A stretch of DNA of 64,000 nucleotides from Alphaproteobacteria bacterium (GCA_965221125.1 CBDCRW010000006.1:608001-672000); one strand, 5' to 3'; shown: positions 24,045 to 44,167, numbered from the stretch's first letter. Notes: generated by a model from the sequence alone, not told the origin. Program-made: numbers and translations.

Positions 24045-24704
24045 TCAGCGGTTGGTGGGCGTCTTGTTGCGCGGATCGTCGAACACGAAGAGCCTGCGCG
24101 GCAGCCTCATGTTGGTCTTGAGATCGTGCAGGGTGACGGTGGTCACGAGGCCCTGCGCGTCCGTCACACGCCACTTGACGAGGCGCAGCGGGTCGGCGGT
24201 CAGCACCAGGGTCAGGCTTCCGCCGCGTGGGTCGTCCTCGTGTACCACGGTTACTTCGATGAAACCGCCGCGCCGGGCGAAGCCCGTGACCTCCAGGTCC
24301 TCGCCGAAGCGCGTCACCTCCCGCGTGAGCGCGCCGAGCGGTGTCTCGTAGATGAACCAGTCGTTGATCTGGCCGAGCTCCATGTCGTGGTAGTGGATCC
24401 AGAGGCCGTCGCCCACGATGAGCACCGGCACCGGCGGCGCGTACTCCACGCGGAGCAGACCGGGCCGGCGCATGTAGATGACGCCTTCGGCGGGCTCGCC
24501 CTCCGGCCCGATCTGCTTGAAGTCCGCCCTCAGAGTCTGGAGCCCGTTGAGATAGCGCTCGACGGCGGCGAGCGTTTCCTGCGCCGCCCCATCGAAGGCA
24601 AGCGCGCCTGAGTCCTGCGCCTGCGCCGGCTGGAGGGCGGCGAGCCACAGGGCGAACATGGGCGTGAGGCAGAGGAGCGCGGCAGCGCGTATCAGCTTCG
24701 GCAT
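24045..24704 (-). CDS. lolA: Outer-membrane lipoprotein carrier LolA family
   Basis: Signal peptide, TLRADFKQ, RPGLLRVEY, TPL. Downstream of ftsK as is typical. Confidence 0.88.
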   Translation of the reverse strand: MPKLIRAAALLCLTPMFALWLAALQPAQAQDSGALAFDGAAQETLAAVERYLNGLQTLRADFKQIGPEGEPAEGVIYMRRPGLLRVEYAPPVPVLIVGDGLWIHYHDMELGQINDWFIYETPLGALTREVTRFGEDLEVTGFARRGGFIEVTVVHEDDPRGGSLTLVLTADPLRLVKWRVTDAQGLVTTVTLHDLKTNMRLPRRLFVFDDPRNKTPTNR

Positions 24705-24760
24705 GATGTGTGGAATGTAAGGTGCGCGGGCCGCGCGAACAATCACAGGTAAGTGAGGAT

Positions 24761-27199
24761 TTATCCGGCGGAGTGGTCGGAGACCAGGACCTCGCGCTTG
24801 CCGACATGGTTGGCCTGGCTGACCACGCCTTCGCTCTCCATCCGCTCGATGATCCGAGCAGCGCGGTTGTAGCCGATCTGCAGATGGCGCTGGACGAAGC
24901 TGGTGGACGCCTTGCGCTCGGCGGCGACCAGCGCCACGGCCCGGTCGTAGAGCGGATCCAGCTCGGCGTCCTCGTCGATGCCGCCGCCGGCCGCTTCGGG
25001 CTCCTCGGTGATGCCCTCGATGTAGCTGGGCTCGCCGCTGGCGCGCAGGAAGTCGGTCACGCGCTCGACCTCGGCGTCGCTCACGAAGGGTCCGTGCACC
25101 CGCGTCACGCGCCCGCCGGCCCCGAGATAGAGCATGTCGCCCTGGCCCAGGAGCTGCTCGGCGCCGGCCTCGCCCAGGATGGTGCGGCTGTCGATCTTGG
25201 AGGTGACCTGGAAGCTGATGCGCGTCGGGAAGTTGGCCTTGATGGTGCCGGTGATGACGTCGACCGAGGGCCGCTGCGTCGCCATGATGAGGTGGATGCC
25301 GGCGGCGCGCGCCATCTGCGCCAGCCGCTGCACCGCGCCCTCGATGTCCTTGCCGGCGACCAGCATGAGGTCGGCCATCTCGTCCACGACGACGACGATG
25401 AACGGCATCGGCGTGAGGTCGATCTCGAATTCCTCGTGGATGGGCGCGCCGGTCTCGGCGTCCATGCCGACGTTGACCCGCCAGGTGAGCGGCTCCCCCT
25501 TCTCCCGTGCTTCCGCCAGGCGCTTGTTGTAGCCGGAGATGTTGCGGACCCCGAGCTTCGACATCGCCTTGTAGCGGGTCTCCATCTCCCGCACCGTCCA
25601 CTTGAGCGCGACGACCGCCTTGCCGGGCTCGGTCACCACCGGCGTGAGCAGGTGCGGGATGTCGTCGTAGACCGAGAGCTCGAGCATCTTGGGGTCGATC
25701 AGGATCAGCTTGCACTGGTCCGGCGGCAGCCGATAGAGGAGCGACAGGATCATGCTGTTGATGGCGACCGACTTGCCCGAGCCGGTGGTGCCGGCGACCA
25801 GCAGATGGGGCATGCGGGCGAGGTCGGCCACCACCGGGTTGCCGCCGATATCCTTGCCGAGCGCGAGCGTGAGGTTGGACTCGGTGCTCTCGAAGCTGGC
25901 GCTCGCCAGCAGCTCGCGCAGAAGCACGGTCTCGCGCTCGCTGTTGGGGAGCTCGATGCCGATGACGCTGCGGCCCGGAATCGTCGCGGCGCGGACCGAG
26001 ATCGCGCTCATGGAGCGCGCGATGTCGTCGGCCAGCCCGATCACCCGCGAGGTGCGCGTGCCGGGCTGCGGCTCCAGCTCGTAGAGCGTGACCACCGGCC
26101 CCGGCCTCACCTGCGCGATCTCGCCGAAGACACGGAAATCCTCGAGCACGGAGATCAGCATCTCCGCGTTCTGCTGCAGCGCCTCGTCGCTGACGCTCCG
26201 GTTCGCGCCGGTGCCATCGGCATCGGTGAGCAGCGCAAGCGCCGGGAGCGTGTATTCCCCGCTGTCCTCCAGATCGAGGGCGGGCTGACGCTCCTTCCTC
26301 TCCCGCTTGCCGGGCTTCACCTTGCGCCGGCGCTTCTCGACGATGGCGGGCTCCGCCAACGGCTCCTCGATTTCGACCTCGCCCGGCGCCCGCGGCAGCA
26401 GGCTGGGCTCTCGCCGCTGCCTGCGTTTCGCCTTCGCCTCGGCCCGTTCGCCGTGCCGCAGCCAGCGGGCCGGCGTGGGTTTCTCGTCGTCCGCGCTGCG
26501 CTCTTCCCGCTCGACACGCTCGCCGCGATCGCTGGCCCGGCCTGACGTCCCGCGGGCGAGCCAGAGGACGCCGAGGACGGCGTGGCGCAGGAGCCAGTAA
26601 ACGCTCCACAGCAGCGCGCGCCATTCCCGCCAGGGCACCCCAAGCGCGACCGCCAGCGCGAGCACGGCGGCGATGAGGAAGACCGCGCCGATGCCGGCGG
26701 TGACAATCCCGGTGCCGCTGAGCCCCAACGTGCCCAGCTGTGCCAGCAGGATCCCGCCCGCTGCCCCGCCGGCGCCCGCCGCAGCGGGCCAGTCGGCGAG
26801 GCCGAGCGACGCGCAGCCGACGGCGGTGAGCAGGACCGCGAGCGGCGCCAGCGCGAAGCGGAGGAGCCGCCGCGAGAGCCCGCGGTGGCTGAACAGGGCC
26901 CAGGCCCAGGCGGCGAGGATCAGGGGCAGCAGGGCAGCGCCGATGCCGAGCCACTGCAGCAGCAGGTCCGCACCATAGGCGCCGGGGCGGCCGATGAGAT
27001 TGGCCGGCGCGGCGTCGCCCGCGCTGTTGAAGGAGGGGTCGGCCGCCGAATAGGTGGCCAGGGCTGCGCCGACGATGACCGCGAGGCCGCCGAGTGCCAG
27101 CCCGGCGAGTTCGCCCAGCCGGCGGGCGAAGAATGTCCCCGAGCCCGAAGGCAGGACGGTCGTGCGCGCGTCGCGTGCGGTGCTTGCTACCAATTGCAA
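24761..27199 (-). CDS. ftsK: DNA translocase FtsK
   Basis: N-terminal 4TM domain, GPVVTLYE, Walker [23 protein letters not shown], gamma domain IGYNRAA. Confidence 0.98.
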   Translation of the reverse strand: MQLVASTARDARTTVLPSGSGTFFARRLGELAGLALGGLAVIVGAALATYSAADPSFNSAGDAAPANLIGRPGAYGADLLLQWLGIGAALLPLILAAWAWALFSHRGLSRRLLRFALAPLAVLLTAVGCASLGLADWPAAAGAGGAAGGILLAQLGTLGLSGTGIVTAGIGAVFLIAAVLALAVALGVPWREWRALLWSVYWLLRHAVLGVLWLARGTSGRASDRGERVEREERSADDEKPTPARWLRHGERAEAKAKRRQRREPSLLPRAPGEVEIEEPLAEPAIVEKRRRKVKPGKRERKERQPALDLEDSGEYTLPALALLTDADGTGANRSVSDEALQQNAEMLISVLEDFRVFGEIAQVRPGPVVTLYELEPQPGTRTSRVIGLADDIARSMSAISVRAATIPGRSVIGIELPNSERETVLLRELLASASFESTESNLTLALGKDIGGNPVVADLARMPHLLVAGTTGSGKSVAINSMILSLLYRLPPDQCKLILIDPKMLELSVYDDIPHLLTPVVTEPGKAVVALKWTVREMETRYKAMSKLGVRNISGYNKRLAEAREKGEPLTWRVNVGMDAETGAPIHEEFEIDLTPMPFIVVVVDEMADLMLVAGKDIEGAVQRLAQMARAAGIHLIMATQRPSVDVITGTIKANFPTRISFQVTSKIDSRTILGEAGAEQLLGQGDMLYLGAGGRVTRVHGPFVSDAEVERVTDFLRASGEPSYIEGITEEPEAAGGGIDEDAELDPLYDRAVALVAAERKASTSFVQRHLQIGYNRAARIIERMESEGVVSQANHVGKREVLVSDHSAG

Positions 27200-27248
27200 C
27201 CCCGAGGTGCGTGTTTCAACGAATCGGACACCGCTTGTGTTACAGGGA

Positions 27249-27277
27249 CTTATATAGTTCGGCTACGGGAGAGTCAA
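27249..27277 (-). promoter_or_regulatory. Putative sigma70 promoter of ftsK
   Basis: Minus strand TTGACT-N17-TATAAG, ~50 bp upstream of ftsK. Confidence 0.55.
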
Positions 27278-27454
27278 AGCTGCAATTTTGGACCAAACCA
27301 AGTACATGGAGCGAGGCTCCCGCGGCCAAGCCCTTGGAACGGAACACAAGACTCGGTGACCGTCGGGATTGGATCGCGGACACCGGGCGCGCAGCGTCGG
27401 CGCCGATTGTGTGCGACGATACGCGCTCCGGGACCGAATGGGGGGCTGGCGACC

Positions 27455-28207
27455 ATGGACACTCTCGAGACCCGTCTGCAGGCAATCCTCGACGACTACG
27501 TGGCGGAGGGCATCGTCGGCGTCTCGCTCGCGCTACGGGCGCCGGGTGCGGCCGACGTCCTGGTCGCGAGCGGGCTCGCCGACCGCTCGCGCCGGGAGCC
27601 GCTGACGCCCGGCCATCTCTTCCGCATCGCGAGCTGCACCAAGACCTATGTCGCAGCCTGCCTGCTGCAATTGGTGAAGGAGGGCCGGGTCGACCTCGAC
27701 GAGCCCTATCCAGCCCAGCGCATGGCGCGCGCCTACTTCCACAAGGAGGACGAGGACGGCCAGTGGGACATCGCGGGCGCCGGCGCGTCGGTCGACGGCT
27801 GCTGGGATGCGACCGACTGGTTCCCGCTCTCCGGCGCGAACGCGGCGGGCGACATCGTGGCTACGCCGCGCGACCTGATGCGCTGGATGGACGCGCTCTT
27901 CGCCGGCCGCGTGCTGGACGATGCCCGGCTGCACGAGATGGCCGGCAATGTGAAGGAAGCGAGCTTTCCCGGCGCGCCGATCACGGCCAACGGGCACGGC
28001 ATTCTCGTCTCAACGATCGACGGGCTGGAGATCAAGGGCCACATCGGCCAGCTGCCGGGCCACACCACCTGCACCGGCCACCACGAGGCCTCCGGCGTGA
28101 GCGCGACGCTCTGCCAGAACTCCGGGGCAGGCGACTTCGAATCATTCTACCTCACCGGGATCCACGCTCCCTTCGCCGCCTGCTTCCGGGCCGCGGGGGC
28201 AGCATAG
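27455..28207 (+). pseudogene. Beta-lactamase-family serine hydrolase with in-frame internal deletion
   Basis: FRIASCTK (SxxK) and GHIG (HxG) are present, but the LLxHTSG and YSN segments expected between LDEP and MARAY are missing. Only 250 aa. Confidence 0.6.
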
Positions 28208-28226
28208 AAGGCGCCGGCCCGCCCTC

Positions 28227-29000
28227 CTAACCCGGCGGCAGGCCGGCGGTGAGGCCGCCGTCGATCACGAGGGCCGTACCGGTGACCCAGCGGGCCTCGT
28301 CGGAAGCGAGGTAGAGGAACGCGCCCGCGATCTCGGCGGGCTGGCCCATGCGGCCCAAGGGGTGCGCGGCCTCGACCGCCGAACGGCTCGCCACGGGGTC
28401 GTCCTGCGCCTCGAAGTAGGTCAGGACCATAGGCGTTTCGACGAAGCCGGGGCAGACGCAGTTCACGCGGATGCCGTGGGCGGCGCCGTCGAGCGCCATG
28501 CACCTGGTCAGCATCACCACGCCTGCCTTGGCGGCGGAGTAGCCGTGCTGGCCGGCCATGCCGATGACGCCGGCGACCGATGCGGTGTTCAGAATGGTCC
28601 CGCCGCCGGCCTCCACGAAGCGCGGCCAGATCGCGTGGCTGGTGCGGTAGATGCTGGTGAGGTCGAGGTCGAGCACGCGGTCCCACTCGTTGGCGGCGAG
28701 GGTCTCGACCGTGCCGATGGTGGGAATCGCGGCGTTGTTCACCAGAATGTCGACGCCGCCGAGCGCCTCCCATGCGGCATCGATCATGGCGGCGACGGAT
28801 TGGTCGTCGCCGACGTCGGCGGCGATGCCGACGGCCGTTCCTCCCCGGCCGGAGATTACTGTTGCCTGCTCGCCCGCGCCGGGGCCGTTCAGATCGGCGA
28901 TGGCGACGGCGGCACCTTCCGCCGCGAAACGCTCGGCCGTGGCCGCGCCGATGCCGGACGCACCGCCGGTGACCAGCGCGCGCTTGCCTGCGAGGCGCAT
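28227..29000 (-). CDS. SDR-family NAD(P)-dependent oxidoreductase
   Basis: TGGASGIG, NNAA, YSAAK, VNCVCPG, VTGTALVIDGG. Confidence 0.95.
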   Translation of the reverse strand: MRLAGKRALVTGGASGIGAATAERFAAEGAAVAIADLNGPGAGEQATVISGRGGTAVGIAADVGDDQSVAAMIDAAWEALGGVDILVNNAAIPTIGTVETLAANEWDRVLDLDLTSIYRTSHAIWPRFVEAGGGTILNTASVAGVIGMAGQHGYSAAKAGVVMLTRCMALDGAAHGIRVNCVCPGFVETPMVLTYFEAQDDPVASRSAVEAAHPLGRMGQPAEIAGAFLYLASDEARWVTGTALVIDGGLTAGLPPG

Positions 29001-29006
29001 CAGCGG

Positions 29007-37602
<8,596 letters not shown>

Positions 37603-37801
37603 GGTACCCCTCGGACTCTCGGCCCTGGCCGCGGCGTCAAGCGCCGCGGCAGGCCGTGGGTTAGTCTTTACGTGCGGTGCGGCGAGGCACGCCGCGCGAC
37701 CAAAGCCGCGCGTGCCCGTGCCCGCCCGCGCCGCAGCGCGACGGCGGGGCCGGTGCTACCCGGCACGTGACCGGGCGTGCGCCGGCGATAGCCAATCGTC
37801 G

Positions 37802-38179
37802 CTACTTGACCTCGACGGTCGCGCCGGCAGCTTCCAGCTGCTCCTTGATCTTGGCCGCGTCGTCCTTGGACACGTCTTCCTTCACGGCGTTCGGCACGCC
37901 CTCGACCAGCGCCTTGGCCTCCTTGAGGCCAAGGCCGGTGAGCGCGCGGACTTCCTTGATCACGTTGATCTTCTTCTCGCCGAAAGAGGTAAGGACCACG
38001 GTGAACTCGGTCTGCTCCTCGGCCTCCTCGGCCGCAGGCGCTGCGCCGGGCGCAGCGGCGACGGCGACGGGGGCGGCCGCTGAGACCCCCCACTTCTCTT
38101 CGAGCATCTTGCTGAGCTCGGAGGCCTCGATCACCGTCAGGGTCGAAAGCTCGTCTGCAATTTTGGCCAGATCAGCCAT
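37802..38179 (-). CDS. rplL: 50S ribosomal protein L7/L12
   Basis: [31 protein letters not shown]. Confidence 0.99.
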   Translation of the reverse strand: MADLAKIADELSTLTVIEASELSKMLEEKWGVSAAAPVAVAAAPGAAPAAEEAEEQTEFTVVLTSFGEKKINVIKEVRALTGLGLKEAKALVEGVPNAVKEDVSKDDAAKIKEQLEAAGATVEVK

Positions 38180-38226
38180 GTCGTCGGTCTCCTGGGGCTG
38201 GACAGTTATCGGTGTGCGTTGGCGAT

Positions 38227-38769
38227 TCAGTCGCCGGTCGGTGCGCTCTCGCCGGCAGTGTCTCCTTGTTCCGAGTAGGCGTTGAGGACGCGCGCGAGCT
38301 GGCCGCCGGGTGCGCTCAGAACGGCGGCGATCTTGGTCGCCGGCGCGTTCAGCACGCCGATCAGCCGGGCGCGCAGCGTATCGAGCGAGGGCAGCTCGGC
38401 CAGCGAGCGGACGTCGCGCTGATCCAGCGCGGCGCCGCCGAGGGCGCCACCCACGATGACGAGCTTCTCGTTCCCCTTGGCGTAGGCCACCGCGACCTTC
38501 GCGGCCGCCACGGGATCGTCCGAATAGGCGATCGCGCTGGAGCCCGAGAAGAGGTCGCCGAGCGGGGCGAAGGACGTGCCCTCCACCGCGCGCTTCGCCA
38601 GCCGGTTCTTCGTGACCCGGAAGGTCGCGCCGGCGGCACGCATCTGGCGCCGGAGATCCGAGGCCTCCGCCACCGAGAGGCCCTTGAACTGCGTCACGAC
38701 GACGAGATTGGTGCTCTCGAAGATGCCGCGCAGGGCTTCGACGATCTCTTCCTTCTTAAGCCGTTCCAC
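38227..38769 (-). CDS. rplJ: 50S ribosomal protein L10
   Basis: [29 protein letters not shown] before GTG. Confidence 0.98.
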   Translation of the reverse strand: MERLKKEEIVEALRGIFESTNLVVVTQFKGLSVAEASDLRRQMRAAGATFRVTKNRLAKRAVEGTSFAPLGDLFSGSSAIAYSDDPVAAAKVAVAYAKGNEKLVIVGGALGGAALDQRDVRSLAELPSLDTLRARLIGVLNAPATKIAAVLSAPGGQLARVLNAYSEQGDTAGESAPTGD

Positions 38770-38838
38770 GGCGTCCTCCGGCTTCTCCTGCGGCCATGAG
38801 GCACGCGCAAGCGCCGCTCTCGCTGCTCACCCTGCGCC

Positions 38839-39549
38839 TCACGATGCCGCCGTCTCCGCCTGCAGGGCGGCGACGTCGAGCTTCACGCCCGGCCCCTGGG
38901 AGGAGCTGAGCGCGGCCCGCTTCATGTAGGTTCCCTTGGCGCCGCTCGGCTTCGCGCGGTTGAGCGCGTCCACCAGCGCGCGTGCGTTCGCGGCCAGCGC
39001 CTGCTCGTCGAAGCTCGCCTTGCCGATGCCGGCGTGCACGATGCCGGCCTTCTCGACCCGGAACTCGACCTGACCGCCCTTGGCCGCCTGCACGGCCTCG
39101 GTCACGTCAGGCGTCACGGTGCCGAGCTTCGGGTTGGGCATGAGCCCGCGCGGGCCCAGGATGCGGCCGAGCTTGCCGACCACCGGCATCATGTCGGGCG
39201 TCGCGATGCAGCGGTCGAACTCGATCTTGCCGGCCTGAACGTCGGCCGCGAGGTCATCGTCGCCGACCACGTCGGCGCCCGCCTCGCGCGCCGCGTCCGC
39301 CTTGTCGCCCTTGGCGAAGACCGCGACGCGCACGCTCTTGCCGGTGCCGTGCGGCAGCGCCACGACACCGCGCACCATCTGGTCCGCGTGGCGCGGGTCG
39401 ACGCCGAGGCCGACGCTCATCTCGACGGTCTCGTCGAACTTCGCCTTGGCCCCCTGCTTCACCAGCGCGATCGCCTCGCCGAGAGCGTAGGTCCTCTCGC
39501 GGTCGACCAGATCCTTGGCCTGCCGCATCCTCTTTCCGATCTTCGCCAT
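38839..39549 (-). CDS. rplA: 50S ribosomal protein L1
   Basis: [22 protein letters not shown]. Confidence 0.99.
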   Translation of the reverse strand: MAKIGKRMRQAKDLVDRERTYALGEAIALVKQGAKAKFDETVEMSVGLGVDPRHADQMVRGVVALPHGTGKSVRVAVFAKGDKADAAREAGADVVGDDDLAADVQAGKIEFDRCIATPDMMPVVGKLGRILGPRGLMPNPKLGTVTPDVTEAVQAAKGGQVEFRVEKAGIVHAGIGKASFDEQALAANARALVDALNRAKPSGAKGTYMKRAALSSSQGPGVKLDVAALQAETAAS

Positions 39550-39554
39550 CGCCG

Positions 39555-39986
39555 CTAACCCACCACCTGAATGCCGATGGACCGCGCCGAGCCCTCGATG
39601 ATGCGGCAGGCCGCATCCATGTCGTCGGCGTTGAGGTCCACCATCTTCTTCTCCGCGATCTCGCGAACCTGCGCCCGCGTCACCTGGCCCACCGGGTCGA
39701 TCCGCCCAACCGTCTCCGACCCCTTGTCGATGCCGGCCGCCTTCTTGAGGAAGAAGCTGGCCGGCGGGCTCTTGGTCACGAACGAGAAGGTCCGGTCGTG
39801 GTAGACCGAGATCACCGTCGGGATCGGCATGCCCTGCTCGAGGTTCTGGGTCTGGGCGTTGAAGGTCTTGCAGAACTCCATGATGTTGAGCCCTGCCTGA
39901 CCCAGCGCAGGCCCGATCGGCGGCGACGGATTGGCCTGCCCCGCCGGCACCTGCAGCTTGATCGTTCCCGTCACTCTCTTAGCCAT
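39555..39986 (-). CDS. rplK: 50S ribosomal protein L11
   Basis: [20 protein letters not shown]. Confidence 0.99.
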   Translation of the reverse strand: MAKRVTGTIKLQVPAGQANPSPPIGPALGQAGLNIMEFCKTFNAQTQNLEQGMPIPTVISVYHDRTFSFVTKSPPASFFLKKAAGIDKGSETVGRIDPVGQVTRAQVREIAEKKMVDLNADDMDAACRIIEGSARSIGIQVVG

Positions 39987-40004
39987 GCCGCTCCCGCCCC
40001 GCCG

Positions 40005-40583
40005 TCAGGCCTTCTCGACCTGGGCGTATTCCAGCTCGACCGGCGTCGCCCGGCCGAATATCGATACCGCGACCTTGAGGCGCGCGCGCTCCTCGTCGAT
40101 CTCCTCCACTAGTCCGCTGAAGGAGGTGAAGGGGCCGTCGCAGACCCGCACCGTCTCGCCGATCTCGAAGATGACCGAGGGCTTGGGCCGCTCGACGCCT
40201 TCCTTGACCTGCTTGAGCACGCGATCCGCCTCGTCGTCGCTGATCGGCACCGGCTTGCCGCCGCTGCCGAGGAATCCGGTCACCTTCGGCGTGTTGTTGA
40301 TCAGGTGCCAGGTCTCGTCGGTCATGCTCAGGTGCGCGAGCACGTAACCGGGGAAGAATTTGCGCTCGGACTTGACCTTGGCGCCGCGGCGCATCTCCAC
40401 GACCTCTTCCGACGGCACCATGACGTCCGCGATCAGGTCGTCGAGGCCTTGCTGCCTGGCCTGCTCGCGGATCGACTGCGCGACCTTCTTCTCGAAGCCC
40501 GAGTAGACGTGGACGATGTACCACCGCCGCGCCGGCCCGTGAGCCTCGGCCACCTGCGTATCCGCCGCCGAGATGTCCGTCAT
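40005..40583 (-). CDS. nusG: Transcription termination/antitermination factor NusG
   Basis: [23 protein letters not shown] domain [15 protein letters not shown]. Confidence 0.98.
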   Translation of the reverse strand: MTDISAADTQVAEAHGPARRWYIVHVYSGFEKKVAQSIREQARQQGLDDLIADVMVPSEEVVEMRRGAKVKSERKFFPGYVLAHLSMTDETWHLINNTPKVTGFLGSGGKPVPISDDEADRVLKQVKEGVERPKPSVIFEIGETVRVCDGPFTSFSGLVEEIDEERARLKVAVSIFGRATPVELEYAQVEKA

Positions 40584-40777
40584 CCGCCGATCCCCAGGAT
40601 CGCCCGCACCCCGATCGAGAGCACCTGGTCGACCAGGAAGAAGAAGACCGCCATGATGATCACCATGATCAGCACCATGATGGTGCTGATGGTCGTCTCC
40701 TTGCGCGTGGGCCACGTGACCTTGCTGATCTCCTGGCGTGCCTGACGCAAGAACTCGAGCGGGGGCGTGCGCGCCAT
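40580..40777 (-). CDS. secE: Preprotein translocase SecE
   Basis: [13 protein letters not shown] plus a single TM helix. Between tRNA-Trp and nusG. Confidence 0.97.
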   Translation of the reverse strand: MARTPPLEFLRQARQEISKVTWPTRKETTISTIMVLIMVIIMAVFFFLVDQVLSIGVRAILGIGG

Positions 40778-40805
40778 GGTCAGCACGCGCCCCTGCCCGT
40801 GCGCA

Positions 40806-40881
40806 TGGCAGGAGTGGAGGGTCTCGAACCCCCAACCTCCGGTTTTGGAGACCGGCGCTCTACCAATTGAGCTACACTCCT
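40806..40881 (-). tRNA. tRNA-Trp (CCA)
   Basis: AGGAGTGTAGCTCAATTGGTAGAGC..CT CCA AA..GTTCGAG..ACTCCTGCCA cloverleaf. Confidence 0.98.
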
Positions 40882-40915
40882 ATTCTGCTTGCGCGCCGCG
40901 ACCGCTCGCTGCGGT

Positions 40916-42106
<1,191 letters not shown>

Positions 42107-42196
42107 GAACCCTATTCCTCGACCGCCAGGCTCTCGCTGCGGTTAAACAAGACAACACAAGCCGCGCACCGCTGCTGCGGTGTCGGCCGTATACTC

Positions 42197-42270
42197 TGGA
42201 GCGGGTGATGGGAATCGAACCCACGTAACCAGCTTGGAAGGCTGGGGCTCTACCATTGAGCTACACCCGC
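42197..42270 (-). tRNA. tRNA-Gly (TCC)
   Basis: GCGGGTGTAGCTCAATGGTAGAGC..CT TCC AA..GTTCGATT..CCCGCTCCA. Confidence 0.98.
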
Positions 42271-42322
42271 TCGACCTGAGTCCCCCGCGCCCATCGCCGC
42301 GCGCGCGTGCACCGCGCACGTG

Positions 42323-42408
42323 TGGTGGAGGGGGTAGGATTCGAACCTACGTAGACATACGTCGGCAGATTTACAGTCTGCTGCCTTTAACCACTCGGCC
42401 ACCCCTCC
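42323..42408 (-). tRNA. tRNA-Tyr (GTA)
   Basis: GGAGGGGTGGCCGAGTGGTTAAAGG..CT GTA AA, long variable arm, GTTCGAATCC..CCA. Confidence 0.98.
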
Positions 42409-42445
42409 GCGCCGAGGTGGACGCACCCGGGACTCGGAAGGGCGC

Positions 42446-42473
42446 ACTATGGACATCCGCGGTCGATTGTCAA
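42446..42473 (-). promoter_or_regulatory. Putative sigma70 promoter of tRNA-Tyr/Gly-tuf operon
   Basis: Minus strand TTGACA-N16-CATAGT, ~35 bp upstream of tRNA-Tyr. Confidence 0.55.
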
Positions 42474-42605
42474 CGCCCAAAGGAGCTCTCCGTGACGGCC
42501 CACCGCACCGCCAAGCCACCGTCGCTGCGCCATCGGCGCGCGCCGGCCGGCCCGGATGCCGGGGCGTCTCGCAAAAGGGATGGAAGTCTTATAATAGGGT
42601 GCGTC

Positions 42606-43442
42606 ATGGCACGCAACACTTCTCGCCGCCCGCGCGAGCGAACGGCCGGGCGCCGGCGCACGCATCAGGAGCAGCGCAGCCAGGCCAGGCCCCGGCGCGA
42701 ACGGCTCTACGGCGCCCACGCGGTGGCCGCCGCGCTCGCCAACCCGAGCCGCCGCTGCCACCGGCTGATCGCGACGCAGGAGGGCGCCACGCTGCTGGCT
42801 GGGCGCATCGACGCCCGCGCGCTGCCGCTTGCCGCCCGCGGCCTGCTCGATGCGCCGCAGATCGCGTCCCGCCAGGATATCGCGGCGCTCTTGCCGGACG
42901 GCGCCGTGCATCAGGGCATCGTGCTGGAGACGGCGCCGCTGCCGGCGGTCGATCTCGCGTCCGCCTGCAGAAGCCTCGCGCAGCGGGAGGGCGCAGCACG
43001 GACCGTGGTCGTGCTCGACCAGGTGACGGACCCGCACAACGTCGGTGCGATCCTGCGCTCGGCGGCGGCCTTCGCGGTGGGCGCCGTCGTGGTCCAGGAC
43101 CGCCATTCGCCCCAGAGCGCCGGCGCGCTCGCCAAGGCCGCCTCCGGCGCGCTGGAAACGGTGCCGCTCGCCCGCGTCGTCAACATCGCGCGATCCCTTA
43201 TCGTCCTGAAGGAGCTGGGTTATTGGTGCCTCGGCCTGGATCAGGACGCCGCCGAGCCGATCGAGGCCGTCTCCGTGCGGGCGCCGCTCGCGCTGGTCCT
43301 CGGCGCCGAAGGCGAGGGCATGCGGCGGCTCACGCGCGAGCGCTGCGATCTCACCGCCCGAATCCCCATGCCGGGCGCGATGGCGAGCCTCAACGTCTCC
43401 AACGCGGCCGCCATCGCGCTCTACGAGGTCGCGCGGCGATGA
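42606..43442 (+). CDS. rlmB: 23S rRNA (Gm2251)-methyltransferase, SpoU family
   Basis: LYGAHAV, HQG, LDQVTDPHNVGAILRS, GAEGEG, SLNVSNA. Confidence 0.93.
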   Translation: MARNTSRRPRERTAGRRRTHQEQRSQARPRRERLYGAHAVAAALANPSRRCHRLIATQEGATLLAGRIDARALPLAARGLLDAPQIASRQDIAALLPDGAVHQGIVLETAPLPAVDLASACRSLAQREGAARTVVVLDQVTDPHNVGAILRSAAAFAVGAVVVQDRHSPQSAGALAKAASGALETVPLARVVNIARSLIVLKELGYWCLGLDQDAAEPIEAVSVRAPLALVLGAEGEGMRRLTRERCDLTARIPMPGAMASLNVSNAAAIALYEVARR

Positions 43443-43523
43443 GCGCTGCGTGCTTGACAGGGCCTGCGGGCCGCGCTTGAAAGCGGACCTTCCGTGATCG
43501 TGCGCACTTCGAGCGAACTTCCG

Positions 43524-43599
43524 GCCGGCGTAGCTCAACTGGTAGAGCACTTGATTTGTAATCAAGGGGTTGCGGGTTCGAGTCCTGCCGCCGGCACCA
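43524..43599 (+). tRNA. tRNA-Thr (TGT)
   Basis: GCCGGCGTAGCTCAACTGGTAGAGC..CTTGA TT TGT AA TCAAG..GTTCGAGT..GCCGGCACCA. Confidence 0.98.
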
Positions 43600-43712
43600 A
43601 TAAAATCAAGAATCTATGAGAGTAGCGAGTAAGCACAAAACACAATAGCCACAATAGAGTCACCTCGGGGCACTACGAACCGAACCGCCGTGACCTGCAA
43701 CGGGAGAAGTCC

Positions 43713-44036
43713 ATGCCTGAAATGACACGTGGCCGAGTTGCGTTTCAGGAGTTGCAACGTGCCCATGAGAATGGAGAAATCCAAATCGGTGTGGATACTA
43801 CCAAGTACAAGCGCCGAAGTTCTCCGTTCCGAGGTCCGTGGGGATCGAACAGCAAGAATGCCATACGCGAGCGCGTAATTGACTTTGCCCTTAGCGATCT
43901 TGGGAGTTGGTGGATGCTTTGGAAAGAAGGAGGGTTGTCCCTGCGTCGCGGAGAACACTTCGTTCATTCGCCGGACGGCTACTGGATAGACTTCGTTCTC
44001 AAGTCGGGGAGCGCCGCCAATCAGGGGGCGCCGTAA
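43713..44036 (+). CDS. Hypothetical protein in tRNA islet
   Basis: 107-aa ORF with GGGAG RBS, the most plausible ORF between the att repeats. Confidence 0.6.
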   Translation: MPEMTRGRVAFQELQRAHENGEIQIGVDTTKYKRRSSPFRGPWGSNSKNAIRERVIDFALSDLGSWWMLWKEGGLSLRRGEHFVHSPDGYWIDFVLKSGSAANQGAP

Positions 44037-44089
44037 GTGGTTCGAGACGGTGCGTTGAGGCCGTGCACAGAGCAATCCGTGAAGCACCG

Positions 44090-44141
44090 GCACTTAATTG
44101 GTAATCGAGGGGTTGCGGGTTCGAGTCCTGCCGCCGGCACC
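44090..44141 (+). repeat. Duplicated 3' fragment of tRNA-Thr (att site)
   Basis: GCACTTAATTGGTAATCGAGGGGTTGCGGGTTCGAGTCCTGCCGCCGGCACC. No 5' acceptor strand or D arm. Confidence 0.9.
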
Positions 44142-44167
44142 GCTCGATCGGGGAGACAGGGGGCACC

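Larger units (their letters stand above)
43547..44141. mobile_element. Integrase-less genomic islet remnant at tRNA-Thr (attL/attR flanked)
   Basis: 52-bp direct repeat (43547-43598 vs 44090-44141, 3 mismatches) duplicating the tRNA 3' part. Lower-GC interior. IHF-like AATCAA-N4-CTA at 43604-43616. Confidence 0.8.

Noticed and set aside
24045-26954. 969-aa ORF suggesting an extended LolA fusion
   Set aside because: The N-terminal part is an alternate frame of ftsK. LolA starts at ATG 24704 with a signal peptide.
44090-44141. Second functional tRNA-Thr
   Set aside because: Lacks the 5' acceptor strand, D arm and CCA end. It is an att-type fragment.
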